Origin: a virus
IMG/VR virus record: IMGVR_UViG_3300031867_000069
DNA: 57,325 nucleotides
Strand: one strand, 5' to 3'
Shown piece after piece: positions 50,950 through 57,325 of the stretch. Numbering within the stretch: the first letter of the stretch is position 1; each line of letters begins with the position of its first letter. The notes under the pieces were generated by a model. That model was not told where the DNA came from, did no database searches, and saw nothing but the letters and a program-made list of their open reading frames with translations. Both the position numbers and the translations under genes were made by a program.

Positions 50950-51659
50950 TGCATATGGCTAAACTTTATATTATTTGTGGTCATGGCGCCGGCGATCCTG
51001 GTGCATGCGCTAATGGTTACAGTGAAGCAGAACGAGTTAGAGCTCTTGGTAAAAAAATCAAAGAGCTTGGTGGTTCAAATGTTGTTTTAATGGATACAAG
51101 CCGAAATTGGTATGAAGATAATGGCATCTCTTCTTATAAATTTCCTAAAGGCGCTGTTGTTTGTGAACTGCATCTTGACAGTGCTTCTGCTTCTGCCAAA
51201 GGCGGACATGTTATTGTCAAAGAAGGTCTAAAGGCCGATAACTATGACAGAAATATTGCCAAATTTATTACAGGCATGTTTCCTGGGCGTTCGGCATCAA
51301 TTGCGTATAGAAACGATTTAGCAAATCCTAATCGCGCAGCATTTAGAGGCGTGAACTATCGTCTTGTAGAATGCTGCTTTATAAGCAATGCCGATGACAT
51401 TGAAAAATTTAATAAAAACATTAGCAAAATCGCAAAAGGATTTATTGAAGCGGTTGGTCTTAAAGCATCAACAGCTAAGACGTCAACAACTTCAAAGAAA
51501 TCCGATACCAAAAAGAAAACAGCGAAAAAATCTATCGATGTCATTGCCAAAGAAGTAATCAATGGTAAATGGGGAAATGGCGATGCACGTAAGAAGAAAC
51601 TAAAAGCCGCTGGATATGATTATGCTTCAGTTCAGAAGAGAGTTAATGAGCTTCTTTAA
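50946..51659 (+). CDS. N-acetylmuramoyl-L-alanine amidase (Amidase_3) with C-terminal CW_7-type cell-wall-binding repeat: endolysin (237 aa)
   Basis: Contains LYIICGHGAGDPGA, ELHLDS and VECCFISNADD. The C-terminus is VINGKWGNGDARKKKLKAAGYDYASVQKRVNELL. Confidence 0.8.
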   Translation: MMHMAKLYIICGHGAGDPGACANGYSEAERVRALGKKIKELGGSNVVLMDTSRNWYEDNGISSYKFPKGAVVCELHLDSASASAKGGHVIVKEGLKADNYDRNIAKFITGMFPGRSASIAYRNDLANPNRAAFRGVNYRLVECCFISNADDIEKFNKNISKIAKGFIEAVGLKASTAKTSTTSKKSDTKKKTAKKSIDVIAKEVINGKWGNGDARKKKLKAAGYDYASVQKRVNELL

Positions 51660-51673
51660 AAGAGGTATTTAAA

Positions 51674-52051
51674 ATGATTAGTTTCAGACAAAAGGGAGAT
51701 TTCTCTAAATTAACAAGATTTTTGGAAAGAGCAAAAGAGGTTACACACCTTGGCGTTCTCGACAAGTATGGTAAAGAGGGAGTGGCAGCCCTTTCGTCTG
51801 CAACGCCTCATGATACCGGAAAAACTGCTGAATCATGGTATTACGAAATAGAGAATAAAAATGGCTCAGCGACCATTTCATTTTGCAATTCAAATATTCA
51901 AAATGGAGTTAATATAGCAATAATATTGCAATATGGACATGCCACTAAAGGCGGAGGATGGGTTCAGGGAAAAGATTACATCAACCCTGCAATCCGTCCT
52001 ATTTTTGATAAAATCGCAGAAGATGCTTGGAAGGAGGTCTCTAAATTATGA
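51674..52051 (+). CDS. HK97 gp10-family tail-component protein (125 aa)
   Basis: Contains ...ATPHDTGKTAESW...ILQYGH. ATGA overlap with the TMP start. Confidence 0.5.
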   Translation: MISFRQKGDFSKLTRFLERAKEVTHLGVLDKYGKEGVAALSSATPHDTGKTAESWYYEIENKNGSATISFCNSNIQNGVNIAIILQYGHATKGGGWVQGKDYINPAIRPIFDKIAEDAWKEVSKL

Positions 52052-55000
52052 GCAAAACAATAGACGAAAGAGTTGTTGAAATGCGATTCGACAATAAACA
52101 ATTTGAATCAAATGTTAATCAAACGATGTCGACTCTAGATAAATTTAAACAAAAGTTGAATCTGTCTGGAGCATCCAAAGGGCTCGAAGAAGTTGGTCGT
52201 AGTGCAAAGAACGTTGATGTTTCTTCTATTAGCTCTGGTTTAGACTCCGTTAAAGCCAAATTTTCAGCATTACAAGTTATGGGCGTTACCGCCTTAGCTA
52301 ATATAACTAATTCGGCAGTAAATGCTGGTAAAAGACTTGTATCGGCTTTTACCATCGATCCTGTTAAATCTGGCTTCGAAGAATATGAAACTCAGATAAA
52401 TTCTGTCCAAACCATTTTGGCCAATACCCAAAAAGAAGGAACAAAAATAGGCGATGTAAATAAAGCTCTCGATGAGTTGAATCTATATGCTGATAAAACT
52501 ATCTATAATTTTACTGAAATGACTAGAAACATAGGTACATTTACAGCTGCCGGGGTTAAGTTGAAAACATCAGTATCATCAATACAAGGTATAGCTAACC
52601 TTGCCGCGGTATCAGGTTCGAACGCTCAGCAAGCTTCTACTGCAATGTATCAGCTTTCTCAGGCTCTTGCTGCCGGTAAAGTTCAGCTTATGGACTGGAA
52701 ATCAGTAGAAAATGCTGGTATGGGCGGTCAAGTTTTTCAAGATGCTTTAAAGAAAACCGCTAAAGAACATGGAGTAGCAGTAGATGAGATCATAAAGAAA
52801 AGTGGATCTTTTAGAGAAAGTTTGCAAAAAGGCTGGATAACATCAAAAATACTTACCGAAACTCTTGGCAAAATGACAAAATCCGGTGCTGCCGAATACT
52901 TGGCAAAATTAACCGGAGTAACTCAAAAAGAAATTACAGCTGCTCAAAAAGCGGTAGAAACCAATAAAGATGGATCTGCTTCTTACGACAAGTTAGCTGA
53001 AAAAATGGCTAAATCCGGAAAGATAACTAAAAAGGAAGCTCTAGAAACTTTAAAAATGGCCGATACTGCTGAAGACGCAGCTACCAAAGTTAAGACTTTT
53101 TCACAGTTAATGGACACCTTAAAGGAAGCTGCTCAATCCGGTTGGTCACAAACTTGGAGAATATTAGTAGGCGACTTTGAAGAAGCAAAAGATTTATTTA
53201 CTCCTCTTAATGATTTCTTTAGTGGAATTATTAATAACATATCCAATGCTAGAAATGCAATGCTTAAAAGCGCTTTAGGTAAAAGTTTTAAAAAACTAGG
53301 TGAAGAAATTACAGCTATAACGAAGCATATAAAGAAAACCGCGGATGGCGTTAAGGAAGCTTCTAAAAGTTTAGAAAAATATGGTGAGATTGTAAACCAA
53401 ATAATTAGAGGCGACTGGGGTAACGGACAAGAAAGATTTGATAAGCTTACAAAGGCCGGTTATGATTGGGCTCATGCGCAGAATTTGGTAAATGAGAAAT
53501 TAGGTGATTCTACTCGTTATGAAACCAAATATGCAGAAGCTAAGAATAAATCGTCAAAGGTGCAAGGAGATTCCGCAAAGTCACAATCAAAAAATTTGGA
53601 AGCTCTTACTAAAATGTCTGATGCTGAATTGAAGCATATTGGTCTTAATGATAAGGAAATAAAATCTCTTAGACAATTAAAAAAAGAAGCTGATAAAGTT
53701 GGAATGTCAGTTTCTAATTTTAGTGCTAACATAGACAATATCAATGGTAGATGGCTTATATTTGACTCTTTTAAGACAATAGGTAAAAGTCTCGTTAAAG
53801 TGTTGCATTCAGTGAAAGATGCATGGGACGAAGTATTTCATGGAACTACCGATAACAATAAAATTGCTAATCAAAGAGCAAAAAGTTTGTATAATCTTAT
53901 AGCTGCTTTCCATAAGTTATCGATGAAACTAAAAGTTAACGATGAGACGGCCGATAAGATAAAGCGTACATTTAAAGGTTTATTTGCTATCATAAAACTA
54001 ATCACATCGATAACTGGTGGCACTTTTAAGACTGTTTTTACAGTAGCTCAAAATGTATTGGGAGCATTTAATCTTGATATTTTGGATGTTACAGCTTCTG
54101 TTGGTGATGTCCTTGTTAAATTTAGCGATTGGGTTTCGCAAAATAGTCTATTAACAAAAGCTATTAAGTTTTTAACCCCTTATATTACAATTGCCGTAAA
54201 AGCTGTTAAAGACTGGATAAATGCTATTATTGAATCCGGTGTAGCTCAAAAAGTATTTGATGGTTTTGTTAGTTTTTTAAAATCGGCATTCAGTAGTATA
54301 AAAGGGTGGATAATAGCAATTAAAGACTCCGAAATTGCACAAAACATTATTTCTGGTTTGGTCAACGGACTTAAAACCGGAGCTAGTTCAGCATGGGATG
54401 CAATCGTTTGGTTAGGCACTACTTTGCTTGAAAAGATAAAAGCCATTCTAGGTATTCATTCTCCATCTACCGAATTCTTTGAAATTGGTGGAAATATTAT
54501 TTCAGGTTTATTTAATGGGTTGAAAAATGGAGCATCATGGATTTACGATTTCATAACTGATCTCGGCTCAAAAATAATAAACATAGTCAAAAATTTAGAT
54601 ATCGGAACCGTTATAGCTGGCATATTAGCTGGTGGTATGTTTGTTGGTATTAAAAAATCTTTTGATTTTATAGAACTTATTTCCGAACCATTGCATGGAT
54701 TGAATAAAATATTTGATTCCGTTGCCGGAGTAATAAAAGCATCACAAAAAGGTATTGCTAAGTCATTAAAAGGTTTAGCCAAAACTTTTAAAGCATTTGC
54801 GTTTAAAATGCGTATGGATGCTATAAAAGATTTAGTGATATCAGTAACAATTTTAATAGCAGCTTTGATTGTTTTAGCGCATCAAGATACTGATAAACTG
54901 TGGGATGCAGTAGGTGTACTAGGCGCAGTCGTTGGCATGTTAGCCGCTTTGGTAGTCATCACTGAAGTATGTACTAAAAGCTCAACTAAAATAGATGCAG

Positions 55001-57325
55001 CGTCAAAAACTTTCGAATCATCAGGTCTATTAGCTATGCTTATTGGAATTGCTGGCGCGATACTTCTAATTGCGATAGCAGTTAAAATGCTAGGTGGATT
55101 GAATCAAGATCAAGCGATTCAAGGGTTCATAGGTGTTGGTCTAATAGCAACTGCTATAGCCGGCGTGATTTTAGTGTTTGGCAAAGTAGTTAAAGGACAG
55201 TCCGCAAAAAATATAGATGGACTTGGAAAAATGTTAGTCAAAATGTCAGTCGCTATACTATTAATGGCTATTGTTATTAAAATGCTTGGACGTTTGGAAA
55301 CTAAAGCACTAGTACAAGGCTTTGCTGCTATGATGGGATTTGTAGGCATTATAGCTTTATTAACATTAATAGCAAAAATGTCTGGCGGTGCCATTGAGTC
55401 AGTTGGTAAAACCATGATACAATTTGCAGCAGCCATGTTGCTAATGGCTGTAGTTATTGGTATTTTAGGTCATATGGATCCGCAAAAATTAGCTAAAGGT
55501 TATGTTGCTATGCTAGGATTTGTTGGAATTATAGCATTGTTAACATTGATTACGAAATTAGCTGGGTATGGAACAATGGAACGATTGAGCACTGTGTTAC
55601 TATCAATGTCCGCTTCTATGTTTATAATGACCATAGTTATGTCATTATTGGGCCATATGGATCCTAGTGTAATGGCAAAAGGTATTGTTGGAATAGGTTT
55701 GTTGGTTGGCGTTATAGCATTATTAGTATACATAACGAAATTAGCTGGTAAAGATTCAGCTAAAATATCATCTACCCTTTTAGCCATGTCTGCTTCTATA
55801 GCAATATTGGCAGCTGTTGCTGTTGTGTTAAGTTTATTAGATATCGGTTCATTAGTTAAAGGTATAGTTGCTGTTGGTATATTGACATCTTTTATGGTCG
55901 GTCTTATTTACGTAACAAAGTATGCGCAAGACAGCATGAAAAACATTATTGCACTTACAGTAGCCGTTGCTGTAATGGCCGCGGCAGTTGTTGTTTTATC
56001 GTTAATAGATACAAGCAAATTAGTCCCAGCAGTGGCCGGAATGATATTCATGATGACATCATTTGGCGTAATGTGTAAGCTAGCTTCTAACATAAATTCT
56101 AGTTTGCCATCATTAATTATTATGGTTGGTGTCGTCGCAATATTAGCTGGCGTTGTTGTTTTATTATCAACATTACAAGTAGAAAGTGTAATGGGTTCAG
56201 CTATTTCGTTATCTGCATTATTATTAGCTGTTTCTGCCGCTATGTTTATAGTTAGCAAAGTACCAGTAGCTAGTGCTTTACAAGGCGCATTAGGATTGTT
56301 AGCAATGGCCGTCCCTCTTTTAGCATTTGTCGGCATTCTATATTTAATGAATAATGTGCAAAATGCATTAACTAATGCTATGGCGCTGACTTTATTAGCA
56401 GGAGCATTAACTTTAATGTTGATACCTTTGACTTTAATCGGATCACTTATTGCTCCGGCGTTACTTGGCGTGCTAGCTTTATTAGCCATGGCGGTACCAC
56501 TAGTTGCGTTTGTTGGCGTTCTATATTTAATGGAAGGTTTGCAAAATGCTATGGCTAACGTAATTATATTAACGACATTGTTGAACGCGTTGACTAGTTC
56601 ATTATTGATCGTTAGTTTATTAGGTCCGTTAGCAATAATTGGCGTTGTGGCTTTAACGGCTATGATAGGTTTGGTTGGTATAATGGGCGCGTTCATGGTG
56701 GCAATAGGGGCTTTAAATGAATATTGCCCAATGCTGCAAACTTTCTTAGAGAAATCATTACCTATTCTCGAACTTTTAGGTCAAGGAATAGGCCGATTCT
56801 TAGGCGGTTTAGTTACCGGAATATTGGATTCTTTAGACTTATCAGGATTGACAAAAATAGGAAACGATTTATCTATGTTTATGATGAGTTTACAACCTTT
56901 TATACTCGGAGCAAATATGATAGACGCCAAATGTATGGAAGGTGTCAAATCGTTAGCCATGATGATTGTCATATTAACTGCGGCTAAGGTTTTGGATGGT
57001 CTTACTTCTTGGCTTACTGGGGGCTCATCATTAGCCGATTTCGGTAAAGAATTAGTTCCATTTGGTATATCATTGGCAGCGTTTGCGGCGACAACTGCTG
57101 GTATAAATGGAGATCAAATAAAGAAAGTAGCGCAAGCAACTAAAATATTAGCTGAAATGGCTTCGGAAATTCCAAATAAAGGCGGACTTGTTGCATGTAT
57201 AACAGGTGACAATAGTCTTGCTGAATTTGGTAAGGAACTTATAAGTTTTGGCCCTTACTTAGCTATGTATTCCATGTCTGTAGCAACTGTTAATACTGAT
57301 CTAGTTAAAAACTCAGCCAAAGCAG
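52048..57325 (+). CDS. Tail tape measure protein, N-terminal 1759 codons (continues at 1..1576; 2274 aa in total)
   Basis: ATG 52048 overlaps the upstream TGA. There is no stop in this frame to the window end, and the ORF is missing from the supplied track. Contains NFTEMTRNIGTFTAAGVKLK...QLMDWKSVENAGMGG and a GIHSPS motif. Hydrophobic repeats span about 54.8-56.7 kb. Confidence 0.9.
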   Translation, partial: MSKTIDERVVEMRFDNKQFESNVNQTMSTLDKFKQKLNLSGASKGLEEVGRSAKNVDVSSISSGLDSVKAKFSALQVMGVTALANITNSAVNAGKRLVSAFTIDPVKSGFEEYETQINSVQTILANTQKEGTKIGDVNKALDELNLYADKTIYNFTEMTRNIGTFTAAGVKLKTSVSSIQGIANLAAVSGSNAQQASTAMYQLSQALAAGKVQLMDWKSVENAGMGGQVFQDALKKTAKEHGVAVDEIIKKSGSFRESLQKGWITSKILTETLGKMTKSGAAEYLAKLTGVTQKEITAAQKAVETNKDGSASYDKLAEKMAKSGKITKKEALETLKMADTAEDAATKVKTFSQLMDTLKEAAQSGWSQTWRILVGDFEEAKDLFTPLNDFFSGIINNISNARNAMLKSALGKSFKKLGEEITAITKHIKKTADGVKEASKSLEKYGEIVNQIIRGDWGNGQERFDKLTKAGYDWAHAQNLVNEKLGDSTRYETKYAEAKNKSSKVQGDSAKSQSKNLEALTKMSDAELKHIGLNDKEIKSLRQLKKEADKVGMSVSNFSANIDNINGRWLIFDSFKTIGKSLVKVLHSVKDAWDEVFHGTTDNNKIANQRAKSLYNLIAAFHKLSMKLKVNDETADKIKRTFKGLFAIIKLITSITGGTFKTVFTVAQNVLGAFNLDILDVTASVGDVLVKFSDWVSQNSLLTKAIKFLTPYITIAVKAVKDWINAIIESGVAQKVFDGFVSFLKSAFSSIKGWIIAIKDSEIAQNIISGLVNGLKTGASSAWDAIVWLGTTLLEKIKAILGIHSPSTEFFEIGGNIISGLFNGLKNGASWIYDFITDLGSKIINIVKNLDIGTVIAGILAGGMFVGIKKSFDFIELISEPLHGLNKIFDSVAGVIKASQKGIAKSLKGLAKTFKAFAFKMRMDAIKDLVISVTILIAALIVLAHQDTDKLWDAVGVLGAVVGMLAALVVITEVCTKSSTKIDAASKTFESSGLLAMLIGIAGAILLIAIAVKMLGGLNQDQAIQGFIGVGLIATAIAGVILVFGKVVKGQSAKNIDGLGKMLVKMSVAILLMAIVIKMLGRLETKALVQGFAAMMGFVGIIALLTLIAKMSGGAIESVGKTMIQFAAAMLLMAVVIGILGHMDPQKLAKGYVAMLGFVGIIALLTLITKLAGYGTMERLSTVLLSMSASMFIMTIVMSLLGHMDPSVMAKGIVGIGLLVGVIALLVYITKLAGKDSAKISSTLLAMSASIAILAAVAVVLSLLDIGSLVKGIVAVGILTSFMVGLIYVTKYAQDSMKNIIALTVAVAVMAAAVVVLSLIDTSKLVPAVAGMIFMMTSFGVMCKLASNINSSLPSLIIMVGVVAILAGVVVLLSTLQVESVMGSAISLSALLLAVSAAMFIVSKVPVASALQGALGLLAMAVPLLAFVGILYLMNNVQNALTNAMALTLLAGALTLMLIPLTLIGSLIAPALLGVLALLAMAVPLVAFVGVLYLMEGLQNAMANVIILTTLLNALTSSLLIVSLLGPLAIIGVVALTAMIGLVGIMGAFMVAIGALNEYCPMLQTFLEKSLPILELLGQGIGRFLGGLVTGILDSLDLSGLTKIGNDLSMFMMSLQPFILGANMIDAKCMEGVKSLAMMIVILTAAKVLDGLTSWLTGGSSLADFGKELVPFGISLAAFAATTAGINGDQIKKVAQATKILAEMASEIPNKGGLVACITGDNSLAEFGKELISFGPYLAMYSMSVATVNTDLVKNSAKA
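57297..57325. repeat. 29-nt terminal overlap identical to bases 1-29 (circular closure or terminal redundancy of the assembly)
   Basis: tgatctagttaaaaactcagccaaagcag occurs at both ends. Joining them keeps the TMP frame intact. Confidence 0.9.

Noticed and set aside
55119-56696. Minus-strand ORFs (55119-55436, 55500-55787, 55908-56696, also 52119, 53517, 54246, 54543) that are the only track entries across 52-57 kb.
   Set aside because: They lack SD sequences and have low-complexity I/A/N/T/P composition. They lie antisense to a continuous + strand frame with clear tape-measure motifs, so they are shadows of the hydrophobic repeats.

Overview
This window is an AT-rich dsDNA tailed-phage genome that appears complete and circularly closed: bases 57297-57325 repeat bases 1-29, giving a 57,296-bp unit. 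Morphogenesis genes are siphovirus-type and Shine-Dalgarno (SD) sequences are Bacillota-style (AAAGGAGG). Every credible gene is on the + strand.

Layout:
- ~40.4 kb, through the window junction, to 13.7 kb: late region. It holds a small-terminase candidate, HNH, TerL, portal, a protease-scaffold-capsid fusion, major tail protein, chaperones, an amidase, tail fibres and the holin. It also holds a 2274-aa tape measure protein (TMP) that crosses the junction and is absent from the supplied ORF track.
- 13.8-18.4 kb: an array of very small genes, each bracketed by a conserved intrinsic terminator and a conserved promoter-like motif.
- 18.4-29 kb: replication genes (helicase-primase-PolB fusion, SSB-like protein, SF2 helicase).
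- 29-36 kb: accessory genes, including a 28-unit hexapeptide-repeat protein and a ThyX-like gene split by a 1.9-kb td-like group I intron. The intron carries nested expression cassettes.
- 35.9-36.3 kb: iteron and phased T-tract region.
- 36.4-40.4 kb: two nucleases and a 944-aa YonO/RdRP-like two-barrel RNA polymerase candidate.
- 40.40-40.62 kb: GC-rich island and a long inverted repeat, a cos-site candidate.

The most interesting items are:
- the non-canonical RNA polymerase together with 18 copies of TTCGCG-N17-TATGAA;
- the cassette-laden intron;
- an N-terminal motif shared by two proteins flanking terL, held at 53 bp of exact DNA identity, and more loosely by the polymerase.

I did not recognise an integrase, repressor, tRNA or CRISPR array. 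All functional calls rest on motifs I recognise by eye and on synteny. No searches or folding programs were run.
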